DNA of 45,524 nucleotides from Acidobacteriota bacterium (GTDB lineage: Bacteria; Acidobacteriota; Polarisedimenticolia; Gp22-AA2; AA152), in assembly GCA_003222305.1 (NCBI GenBank), contig QHVQ01000009.1, positions 1 to 45,524 of the forward strand, given 5' to 3'. The first letter of the stretch is position 1. Every line of letters begins with the position of its first letter. A program made the translations under genes and the position numbers. This document shows positions 37,832-45,524 of the stretch, piece after piece. Below the pieces are notes generated by a model. The model was not told the origin of the DNA. It saw nothing but the letters and a program-made list of their open reading frames with translations, and made no database searches.

Positions 37832-38599
37832 TCAGAATGCTACGAGGCTTGCGAGACGAAGCGGCCCTGTCCCCTCCGCCCCGGATTGCCGCAGGGGGTC
37901 GGAGCCTGGCGGAGTTGGGATCCGGAACCAGATCTTCTTGTGGAAAAGGCTGTTCTCGTGACTCACGATGAAAGGAGCCTCGGGAATGTCTTCCGAGATG
38001 AGAAGTCGCGGGCTTTCCTTGCCTTCAGGAAGATCGAATACCAGGTCGGTTGTGTACGACTCTCCGGGGCGAAGCGGGCGATGGAGGAGAGCTTCCGGGC
38101 CGAACTCGGGAGCGAGGGCCTTCTCGCCTTCCGGCGACACGGAATAGGCCCGGCCAGTGCCGTCCTCCACTCGAATGATCCGGGGGTTGGGGGACAGCGT
38201 TCCATTGCCGCGGCGCGGGGAAACGGTCCGCGGGTCGAACCAGGTCTTCACGGAGACGATGACGAAATGTCCTCGGGCAGTCGCCGCGGTCTCGCCGCTC
38301 CCCAAAGTCTTCGCGGTGCGGACAGCCGCGACGGAATAGGCCAAGTGACAGTCGATCTCGCAGAAGTATTTAAGCTGGCCGGGCTCCAGGATCCGGTCTC
38401 GACTGGTGAAGGAGTGGGCCAGAAGCGCCCCACCGTAAATCAGGGCCACGACCACCAAGCCCTCTGCGATCCGCCTGGCTGGGCGGCGCTTCCCCCGCCA
38501 GGCGAGCACCCCCGCGGCGACGAGCCCGGTGAAAAACAGCAGCGTTGTGAACAAGAATAGGAGGAGGACGGCCGGAGCGTTGGGGGGAGTGAATTCCAT
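37832..38599 (-). CDS. Hypothetical membrane protein with extracytoplasmic DUF4352-like Ig-fold domain
   Basis: Two N-terminal TM helices; FCEIDC pair; LRPGESYTTDLVFDLP. Confidence 0.65.
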   Translation of the reverse strand: MEFTPPNAPAVLLLFLFTTLLFFTGLVAAGVLAWRGKRRPARRIAEGLVVVALIYGGALLAHSFTSRDRILEPGQLKYFCEIDCHLAYSVAAVRTAKTLGSGETAATARGHFVIVSVKTWFDPRTVSPRRGNGTLSPNPRIIRVEDGTGRAYSVSPEGEKALAPEFGPEALLHRPLRPGESYTTDLVFDLPEGKESPRLLISEDIPEAPFIVSHENSLFHKKIWFRIPTPPGSDPLRQSGAEGTGPLRLASLVAF

Positions 38600-38623
38600 T
38601 CAGCCACGAGCCCCACGAGAATC

Positions 38624-38698
38624 TGGTAGCGCTACGGGGATTCGAACCCCGGTTTGATGGCTGAGAACCACCCGTCCTAACCCCTAGACGATAGCGCC
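38624..38698 (-). tRNA. tRNA-Glu(CTC)
   Basis: GGCGCTA...TAGCGCTACCA; anticodon loop TT-CTC-AG; GGTTCGAATCC T-arm; encoded CCA. Confidence 0.93.
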
Positions 38699-38704
38699 AC
38701 AGTC

Positions 38705-38778
38705 TGGATCCGGGACAGGGATTCGAACCCCGATACCATGGTCCAGAGCCATGTGTCCTACCGTTGGACGATCCCGGA
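38705..38778 (-). tRNA. tRNA-Gln(CTG)
   Basis: TCCGGGA...TCCCGGATCCA (U1-A72); anticodon arm CATGG-CT-CTG-GA-CCATG. Confidence 0.95.
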
Positions 38779-38789
38779 TCGGAAGGCGG

Positions 38790-38819
38790 ATTCTAGCCAA
38801 ACCCTTGGGAGACTGTCAA
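38790..38819 (-). promoter_or_regulatory. Sigma70 promoter for tRNA-Gln/tRNA-Glu
   Basis: TTGACA-18 nt-TAGAAT followed by a GC-rich discriminator. Confidence 0.75.
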
Positions 38820-38929
38820 CAAACTGGGATCGACGGCGATGGGCTAGGGGATTCATCTCGGCGGGATCAGGACTTCACCTGCTGGCTGCACCGTCGCCGA
38901 AACCGTAACTTGCCTTGAGGATTATGACG

Positions 38930-39532
38930 ATGCTCCCTCCCCATGGTACCGAGGTTCGACCCGGGCTGATCCTGCTCGTCCTGCTGCCGCTTCTCTTCGG
39001 CGCCGCAGCGCCCAAGGGGGCGAAAGGAACCCCGCAATCGGACGCGGGGGTCGATTACCGGATCGGGGTCGGGGACGTCTTGGAGATTCAGGTATGGAAG
39101 GACACGACGCTGAGCCACAGCGTTCCGGTGCGCCCGGATGGAAAGATCTCCTTCCCTCTCCTGGATGACATCCAGGCCGCCGGCATCACCTGCCTGGAGC
39201 TCAAGGCGATCCTGACGCAAAAGCTCAACCATTTCTTGACCGATCCCCAGGTCACCGTCATGGTCAAAGAAGTGAACAGCCGCAAGGTCTATGTGATGGG
39301 GGAAGTGACGAAACCCGGGGAGCTCCCGCTGAGAAGCGAGACGACCCTCCTGCAGGCCATCGCCCTCGCCGGTGGATTCACGCCCTACGCGAACCGCGAC
39401 AAGATCGTCGTCATCCGCAAGAGTCCGGAGGGGGATCGCCGCCTGCGCATCGATTACAAGAAGATCATCGCGGGAAAGGGCCCGTCGGAAAACTTGCTCC
39501 TGGAAGCCGGCGACACGATCGTGGTTCCCTGA
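38930..39532 (+). CDS. Short polysaccharide export protein (OPX/Wza family, Poly_export plus SLBB)
   Basis: YRIGVGDVLEIQVW, VRPDGKISFPL, TLLQAIALAGG, ends LEAGDTIVVP; start 38915-38930 uncertain. Confidence 0.9.
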   Translation: MLPPHGTEVRPGLILLVLLPLLFGAAAPKGAKGTPQSDAGVDYRIGVGDVLEIQVWKDTTLSHSVPVRPDGKISFPLLDDIQAAGITCLELKAILTQKLNHFLTDPQVTVMVKEVNSRKVYVMGEVTKPGELPLRSETTLLQAIALAGGFTPYANRDKIVVIRKSPEGDRRLRIDYKKIIAGKGPSENLLLEAGDTIVVP

Positions 39533-39569
39533 GCCGGGCGCTGCTTTTCGGGATCCGCTACGCCGGCTC

Positions 39570-41009
39570 TTATCGGCCCAGCTCCTGGGATCGGATGAGG
39601 CGGTCGATGCGCCGTAAAGCCCCTTCGCGGCCCACCAGGGTAAGGACCGTGAAGATCCCCGGAGACACCGCCTGTCCGGTGAGCGCGATTCTCAAGGGGT
39701 GGATCAGCTTCGCAGCGGCGATTCCCATTCCGGCAGCCGCCTTCCGGAGAGCTGCCTCGGTGGCCGCCTCATCGAAGGGCTCCACCCTCTCCAGTGCGTC
39801 ACGGAGTGCCACCATGCGCCGGGCGGTCTCGGGATCTCCTAGGTGTTTTGCCGCCGCCCCCGGGTCATAGGCGAAGTCGTCGCTCAAGAAGATCGCGCTG
39901 TCACGCGCCAGGTCTGAGAGCTTCCGCGAGCGAGGCTTCAGGGTTTCCAGGACCTTTTCGAACCATTCGCGTCGCTCCCCCTCCAACGAGGCATCCCATA
40001 ATCCCCGCGCTTTCAGCTCCCCCCGGATGGCCTCGCGGATGGCCGCCGCCGGCATGGCATTGATGTATTGACTGTTGAGCCATTCCAGCTTTTGTTCGTC
40101 GAACACCGCCCCCTTCTTTCCTACCCCTTCGAAGGAGAACCGGCGGATCAATTCCTCCCGCGGCAGGAATTCTCGGCCGTCGCCGGAGGACCAGCCCAGC
40201 AACGCCAGGAAGTTGAAGAGCGCCTCCGGCAAGTAGCCGGCCTCCCGATACTCGGTGACTGCCACCGCTCCGTGGCGTTTGCTGAGCCGCTTCTTGTCGG
40301 GCCCCAGGATCAGGGGAAGGTGGGCGAAGGTTGGAATCGGCTCCCCCAGGGCGCGGTAAAGCAGGATCTGCTTCGGCGTGTTGCTCAGGTGATCGTCTCC
40401 GCGGATCACGTCCGTGATCTTCATGTCCACGTCGTCGGAGACTACCGACAGGTGATAGGTGGGCGTTCCGTCTGAGCGCAGCAGGATGAAATCTTCGAGG
40501 GTCTCGTTGGCAAAGGTGGTGCGACCGTGCACTCGGTCGCTCCACGAAGTGACCCCTTCGGGGACCCTGAAGCGGAAAGCATGGGGCTGTCCCACTGCCA
40601 CCCGCCGCTGCACCTCCTCCGGCAGAAGGGCGAGGCAGGTCCTTTCGTACTTCCAGGTCACTCCTAGCCGCTCGGCCTCCTGGCGCCTTCGCTGGAGCTC
40701 GGCGGGCTCGCAGAAGCAGGGATAGGCGCTGCGGGACGCCTGCAGCTTCAATCCGGTGGCTCGGTGCAGATCCCGGCGCTGGGACTGGTAGTAGGGCCCC
40801 TCGTCCCAGTCCAGGCCCAGCCACCGCAATCCCTCGAGGATGGCGGCAGTCATCTCTTCTTTGGAGCGCTCCAAATCGGTGTCCTCGATGCGGAGGATGA
40901 AGACTCCCCGGCTGGTTCGGGCGAAGAGCCAGTTGAAAAGCGCCGTCCTCGCCCCTCCGACGTGCAGATAGCCGGTGGGAGATGGCGCGAAGCGTACCCG
41001 TACGCTCAT
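39570..41009 (-). CDS. gltX: Glutamate--tRNA ligase
   Basis: RFAPSPTGYLHVGG (HIGH), LRIEDTD, IRGDDHLSNT, KRLSKR. Confidence 0.97.
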   Translation of the reverse strand: MSVRVRFAPSPTGYLHVGGARTALFNWLFARTSRGVFILRIEDTDLERSKEEMTAAILEGLRWLGLDWDEGPYYQSQRRDLHRATGLKLQASRSAYPCFCEPAELQRRRQEAERLGVTWKYERTCLALLPEEVQRRVAVGQPHAFRFRVPEGVTSWSDRVHGRTTFANETLEDFILLRSDGTPTYHLSVVSDDVDMKITDVIRGDDHLSNTPKQILLYRALGEPIPTFAHLPLILGPDKKRLSKRHGAVAVTEYREAGYLPEALFNFLALLGWSSGDGREFLPREELIRRFSFEGVGKKGAVFDEQKLEWLNSQYINAMPAAAIREAIRGELKARGLWDASLEGERREWFEKVLETLKPRSRKLSDLARDSAIFLSDDFAYDPGAAAKHLGDPETARRMVALRDALERVEPFDEAATEAALRKAAAGMGIAAAKLIHPLRIALTGQAVSPGIFTVLTLVGREGALRRIDRLIRSQELGR

Positions 41010-41056
41010 AGTCCTTGTCCGAGTCGATGGTTCGTTCGGGAGGGGTGCAGGAGGGC

Positions 41057-41148
41057 TGGCGGAGAGGGAGGGATTCGAACCCTCGACCCGGTTTTACCCA
41101 GGTAACGCATTAGCAGTGCGCCCTGTTCGGCCACTCCAGCACCTCTCC
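41057..41148 (-). tRNA. tRNA-Ser(GCT)
   Basis: GGAGAGG...CCTCTCCGCCA; anticodon arm GCGCA-CT-GCT-AA-TGCGT; long variable arm. Confidence 0.95.
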
Positions 41149-41178
41149 GCACCGGATCCGCGCTGGCCGGGAGGCGTT

Positions 41179-41208
41179 AGTCTAGCGTGAGACGGCTTTT
41201 CTTGTCCA
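41179..41208 (-). promoter_or_regulatory. Probable promoter for tRNA-Ser/gltX
   Basis: TGGACA-18 nt-TAGACT. Confidence 0.5.
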
Positions 41209-41221
41209 CGGAGCCATTTTG

Positions 41222-41250
41222 TTGACTCATCCCGAAACCACCTCTAAGAT
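41222..41250 (+). promoter_or_regulatory. Sigma70 promoter for the outer-membrane protein gene
   Basis: TTGACT-17 nt-TAAGAT. Confidence 0.65.
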
Positions 41251-41299
41251 CTCGCCACCCGGTGCCACGACGCAACGAGCCATCTGAGGAGAGGACACG

Positions 41300-41875
41300 A
41301 TGAAGATCAAGGCCCTGCTTCTCCTGTCTCTGCTGCCCTTGCTCCTGTCGGCAACTTCCATGGCGCGCGCCCAGAACCGGGCCGAGTCATGGGAGCTCGG
41401 TCCTTATGTGGTCGGCACCGACTTCGACTCCCAAGCTGAGATCGAGGACGCTGCTGGGATCGGCTTCCGGTTCGGATACAACTTCACCCGCCTGCACGAG
41501 GTCGAAATCCTCTTCGATGCCGTGCACACCCAAGATTCGGTCATCAACCAAATCGACATCGACGAAGGCAAATTCGAAGCGAATTACGTCTTCAACTTCA
41601 ACGTCCAGCGGCATCAGCCGGTGGTCCCCTACCTGACCGCGGGGTTGGGGTTCGTCCACTTCAAGGTGGATGATCCGATCTTCGGGACCGACGACGAAAC
41701 AGATTCCCTCTTCAACTTCGGGGGTGGCGTGCGCTTCTTCTTCACGAAGACCTTCAACCTGCGCCTCGACTTCCGCTCGGTCTTCTTCCAGGGGGACAAC
41801 GTCGTCCTACGAGACCTGGACTACCAGGACAACGAGTTTTCCGCTGGAGTCGGTTGGATTCTGGGGAGCCGCTAG
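41300..41875 (+). CDS. Outer-membrane beta-barrel protein (OmpA-like transmembrane, probably 8-stranded)
   Basis: Signal peptide; amphipathic strands GFRFGYNF, VPYLTAGLG, NFGGGVRFF, FSAGVGW; SD AGGAGAGG. Confidence 0.85.
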   Translation: MKIKALLLLSLLPLLLSATSMARAQNRAESWELGPYVVGTDFDSQAEIEDAAGIGFRFGYNFTRLHEVEILFDAVHTQDSVINQIDIDEGKFEANYVFNFNVQRHQPVVPYLTAGLGFVHFKVDDPIFGTDDETDSLFNFGGGVRFFFTKTFNLRLDFRSVFFQGDNVVLRDLDYQDNEFSAGVGWILGSR

Positions 41876-42069
41876 GCTCCCCTCCCTTTGCCCCTAACCC
41901 ACTGCCTCATCGGGGGATAACTCCTTCAGCCCCGTTCAGCCGCCGGCCAACGACTGGGGTTGCGCGCGGACGGACGAATCCTTACATTTCACTCACGGCC
42001 TGGCCTGTCTCGAAGCAGGCCCGTGATTCCAGGGTGCCCAGGCCTGCCGGCCGAGAGGAGGGGGGATCC

Positions 42070-42546
42070 ATGAGCGGCGAGGAGATCTGCCGAAAGTTGG
42101 AAGAGATTTCCAGGTGTGGCGCGAGTCTTGAGGAGATTCTTGCCCAGGCCGTGGACCTGCTGCATCAATCCAATCCCCGGTTCCACTGGACCGGAATCTA
42201 CGAGCTCTATCCCGATAACGTGCTGCGGCTCGGTCCCTTCCTGGGCGCCCCCACCGACCATGTCTTCATCGCCGTGGGTCGCGGGGTCTGCGGCACCGCC
42301 GTGGCGGAGAATCGGAACATCAACGTCCCCGATGTTTCCCGGGCCCCCAATTACCTGGCCTGCTCCAGCGAGACCCGCTCCGAGCTGGTCATCCTCATTC
42401 GTGAAGGTAGCAAGATCTTCGCCCAGATCGACATCGACAGCCACGATCTGGACGCTTTTGACCGCGAGGCCATGACGCAGGTCGAGAAGGTGGCCGACTA
42501 TCTCGCCGCCGCTTATGCTCAAGCCACCGGCGGTGGCGCTCTGTGA
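42070..42546 (+). CDS. GAF-domain protein, free methionine-(R)-sulfoxide reductase-like
   Basis: WTGIY, LGPFLG, GRGVCGTA, YLACS, SELV, IDIDS. Confidence 0.85.
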   Translation: MSGEEICRKLEEISRCGASLEEILAQAVDLLHQSNPRFHWTGIYELYPDNVLRLGPFLGAPTDHVFIAVGRGVCGTAVAENRNINVPDVSRAPNYLACSSETRSELVILIREGSKIFAQIDIDSHDLDAFDREAMTQVEKVADYLAAAYAQATGGGAL

Positions 42547-42592
42547 GTCCCGAAACTTCGCCATTGCACCCTCACGGTGGGGGCACCATCAC

Positions 42593-45013
42593 TTGAAAAC
42601 CCGGCCCGGGGTCCGAGACGCGCCGCCGGAAGTCTCCGCACCGAGCCCGGAAGGCTCGGAGCGTCGTTTCCGACTACTGGACGAGCAGATCCGGGTCCTG
42701 GAGCGGGAGCGCCAAAAGCTCTCGGCCGTGGTCCATCATACCGACGCTGGTTTCCTGGTCCTGGATGCCTCGCTCGCGGTGGCCTGGGCCAACTCGGTGT
42801 TTGCCCGGCGCTTTTCCCGGGGCGCCCACCCCGTGGCCCTGGTGGGGGCTGCCTGCAACAAAGTCCTCTGCGGAGAGGACAAGATCTGCGAACAATGCCC
42901 GGCTGCCCGGCCGTTCGTCACCGGCTCCGTCGCCCACCACGAAATGCGCCTGGAGACTCCCGGGGAAATCCGCGACCTCTACGTGACCGCCGTGCCCATC
43001 AAGTCCCTCGCCGGGGAGACGGACCAATGCATCGTCATGGTCCAGGACGTGTCGGACCTGCAGGTTCTGCGCCGATCCCAGGAAAGCCTGAAGGCCAGCG
43101 AAGAGCGGTTCCGCTCTATTTTTGAAAATGCCGCCACGGGCATGGCCACGGTGAACACCGAGGGAGAGTTCATGCAGGTCAACGCGGCGTTCTGCAAATT
43201 CCTGGGCTACACGCCGGAAGAGCTGGTGGGAAAAAGAGTGGATCAGATCACCCATCCCGACGATCGGGCGACCACCGGGCAAGTGCTTCAGCAGGGACGT
43301 TCGGGATCTCTGCGGGTCGTGGAGATTGAGAAGCGTTACCTGCGAAAGGACGGCTCGGTCGCCTGGGGGCACACCAGTGCCACCTGGATCCAGGATGCCC
43401 GGGGAAGACCTCTTTATTCCGTGGCGCTCGTGCAGGACGTCGGAGAGCGCAAGACGGCAGAGGAGGCGCTTCGGAGGAGCGAGGCGCGCAAGGGCGCCAT
43501 CCTGGACACGGCCCTGGACGCCGTCATCAGCATCGACCACCGGGGAACGATCACGGAGTTCAACCCGGCGGCAGAGCAGATGTTCGGGTTCCGCCGTGAC
43601 GCCGCGGTGGGACGGAACATGGCCGAGCTCCTCGTCCCCCCTCGCCTCCTCGAGGGTCATCAGAGAGGGCTGGAGCGCTACCTGGAGCTCGGCACGGGGG
43701 CCGTCCTCGGCCGGCGCATTCAGATTCAGGCGCTCCGCCGCGACGGGACCGAGTTTCCCGTCGAGCTTGCCATCGCCAGAATTCCCCTCGACGGCCCCCC
43801 GACGTTCACGGGCTTTGTCCGCGATCTCACCGACATCAAGCAGGCCGAGAGCGCCCTGCGGCAACGGGAAGAGCAGCTCCAGCACGCCCAGAAGATGGAA
43901 GCCATCGGCACCCTGGCCGGGGGAGTAGCCCACGACTTCAATAACCTCCTCACGGGAATTCTGGGATATGCCGAGCTCCTCAAGATGGGATCGAAGCCAG
44001 GAGAGAAGGTCCATCAGGCGGCGGAGGTCATCGAACGAGCCGCTTCCCGGGCTGCCTCCCTGACCCAGCAGCTCCTGGGCTTCGCCCGGCGCGGGAAGCA
44101 TCAGAATGTCCCCGTGGACTTGAACGCCACCATCCAGGAAGTGATGGGGCTTCTGGTTCGCACCTTCGACAAGAACATCAGCCTCCGGCAGGAATTCACC
44201 CCACACTCAGCAGCCATCCTGGGCGATCCCGGGCAGGTGGGCCAGATCATCCTCAATCTGGCGGTGAATGCCGCCGACTCCATGGTCGAAGGGGGCGAAC
44301 TGGCATTCCGCACCGAGGTGGTGGAGCTCACCGAGGATCAGCGCCGCCGTCAAGACGGGACCCGGTCCGGCCCCTTCGTGCTCCTCTCCGTCTCCGACAC
44401 CGGCAGCGGGATCCCCCCGGAAGTCCTGCCGCGAATCTTCGAGCCCTTCTTCACCACCAAGGAGTGCGGCAAGGGAACGGGGATGGGACTGGCCATGGTG
44501 TACGGCATCGTGCAGAACCACGGAGGCTTCATCGAGATCGATACGACGGTGGGTCGCGGCACCGTTTTCCGGCTCTACTTCCCCTTGCAGCGCTCGGAGG
44601 ATCGACCCGAGGGGGCCTGGTCCGCGGAGGGTGACGTGATGCCCGGGAACGGCACGATTCTCGTGGTGGACGACGAAGAGGCGGTGCGCTGCGTCGCCAC
44701 AGCCTTCCTGGAGGAGATGGGCTACCGGGTGCTGACCGCCCGCGACGGAGCGGAAGCGGTGGAGATCTACCGGAGTTCCCTGAAATCCATCGACTTGGTG
44801 ATCATCGACATGGTGATGCCGAAGCTAGGGGGTCGCGAGTGCTTCCGGGCCCTGAAGGAAATCAACCCTCGCCTGCGCGCCATCCTCTCGACCGGCTATG
44901 ATTTCAACACCGTAGCCCAGGAGATTCTGGACGAGGGGATGCGCGGCTTCATCCAGAAGCCCTACCAGCTGCGCCAGCTCTCGGAGGTGGTGGCCGCCGC
45001 GCTGGCCGCCTGA
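42593..45013 (+). CDS. Hybrid sensor kinase PAS-PAS-PAS-HisKA-HATPase-REC
   Basis: AHDFNNLL H-box, NLAVNA, DTGSG, FEPFFTTK, GTGMGL, VVDDE...DMVMP receiver; no TM; start uncertain (TTG 42593). Confidence 0.93.
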   Translation: MKTRPGVRDAPPEVSAPSPEGSERRFRLLDEQIRVLERERQKLSAVVHHTDAGFLVLDASLAVAWANSVFARRFSRGAHPVALVGAACNKVLCGEDKICEQCPAARPFVTGSVAHHEMRLETPGEIRDLYVTAVPIKSLAGETDQCIVMVQDVSDLQVLRRSQESLKASEERFRSIFENAATGMATVNTEGEFMQVNAAFCKFLGYTPEELVGKRVDQITHPDDRATTGQVLQQGRSGSLRVVEIEKRYLRKDGSVAWGHTSATWIQDARGRPLYSVALVQDVGERKTAEEALRRSEARKGAILDTALDAVISIDHRGTITEFNPAAEQMFGFRRDAAVGRNMAELLVPPRLLEGHQRGLERYLELGTGAVLGRRIQIQALRRDGTEFPVELAIARIPLDGPPTFTGFVRDLTDIKQAESALRQREEQLQHAQKMEAIGTLAGGVAHDFNNLLTGILGYAELLKMGSKPGEKVHQAAEVIERAASRAASLTQQLLGFARRGKHQNVPVDLNATIQEVMGLLVRTFDKNISLRQEFTPHSAAILGDPGQVGQIILNLAVNAADSMVEGGELAFRTEVVELTEDQRRRQDGTRSGPFVLLSVSDTGSGIPPEVLPRIFEPFFTTKECGKGTGMGLAMVYGIVQNHGGFIEIDTTVGRGTVFRLYFPLQRSEDRPEGAWSAEGDVMPGNGTILVVDDEEAVRCVATAFLEEMGYRVLTARDGAEAVEIYRSSLKSIDLVIIDMVMPKLGGRECFRALKEINPRLRAILSTGYDFNTVAQEILDEGMRGFIQKPYQLRQLSEVVAAALAA

Positions 45014-45017
45014 TCCC

Positions 45018-45329
45018 TCACTCCATCCGAAACTCGATCCGATAGACGAGCTCGTGCGCGTTGCGCACGATCCACCCGAGAAATGCCCCCGTCAGCATGC
45101 CGTTGGAGCGATCCCGAATCTGTCCCCAGAACGTCCCACCGCTCTGCTGGAGCTTCACGTCGCCGCGGTGCGTGATCTGCTGCTTGTGGCGCCATACCGC
45201 CCACCCCTCCCTGCCGCGCTTGCGCTCATGGATCTGGAAGACGTACCGGGGATTCCCCCTGAGCAGATCGTTCAGGTCGTCGAGCCCTTTACCCTGCACG
45301 AAGACCAGATCGCAGTTCACCACGCGCAT
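45018..45329 (-). CDS. Small hypothetical protein (103 aa)
   Basis: SD GGGAGG before ATG 45329; GC3-rich codon usage; globular-looking sequence. Confidence 0.65.
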   Translation of the reverse strand: MRVVNCDLVFVQGKGLDDLNDLLRGNPRYVFQIHERKRGREGWAVWRHKQQITHRGDVKLQQSGGTFWGQIRDRSNGMLTGAFLGWIVRNAHELVYRIEFRME

Positions 45330-45434
45330 GACAACCTCCCTGTTCTCACCGGCCTTCGCAACAAGCGGGGACCCGGACACATCGTCTCTCGATACTCTGT
45401 CTCTGGGGCTGGTTCATGGAAATCCCGCAGGGGT

Positions 45435-45488
45435 TGGCGGAGGGAGCAGGATTCGAACCTGCGGATCTTTCGCTCAGTGGTTTTCAAG
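45435..45488 (-). pseudogene. 3' fragment of tRNA-Ser(TGA), probable att site of an integrated element
   Basis: CTTGAAA loop, variable arm, GCAGGTTCGAATCCTGC and TCCCTCCGCCA present; upstream 45489-45524 cannot form the 5' acceptor or anticodon strands. Confidence 0.75.
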
Positions 45489-45524
45489 CCCCTTCCAGCC
45501 TCCGTATGGGGCCTACTCTAGCCA

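Noticed and set aside
45435-45524. tRNA-Sec or intron-containing tRNA
   Set aside because: Anticodon reads TGA (Ser), not TCA; the break is at the 5' edge of the loop, not at a typical group I intron site

Overview
High-GC chromosomal window from a diderm bacterium: it encodes an outer-membrane beta-barrel, an OPX/Wza-like protein and a periplasmic adaptor. The gene mix is compatible with Acidobacteriota, but that is inference only. Most of it is housekeeping and metabolic: queF, hsp20, fdhD, threonine dehydratase, tkt, corA, fbp, a MacAB-type ABC exporter, atoE, yceI, a DsbA-like protein, CBS, methylcrotonyl-CoA carboxylase, gltX, three intact tRNAs and a hybrid kinase. Highlights: (1) a radical SAM gene whose apparent TGA stop (31418-31420) lies in a C-U-A-E-P tail followed by a SECIS-like hairpin, so probably a selenoprotein, flanked by an NfuA-type Fe-S carrier, an ATP-grasp ligase, CBS and a PLP enzyme; (2) a compact operon in a diderm with a peptidoglycan-binding MPATG substrate, a class D-like sortase and an HprK-related P-loop kinase; (3) an MMPL transporter fused to a cysteine-less thioredoxin-like domain and coupled to a B12 radical SAM; (4) a Tat-signal GatC/AtzG-like small protein coupled to a signal-less amidase; (5) an MCC + MaoC + CitE set resembling the (R)-HMG-CoA leucine route; (6) a 3'-half tRNA-Ser(TGA) at the right edge that looks like an att site. 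All calls come from motif reading only; no searches were run.
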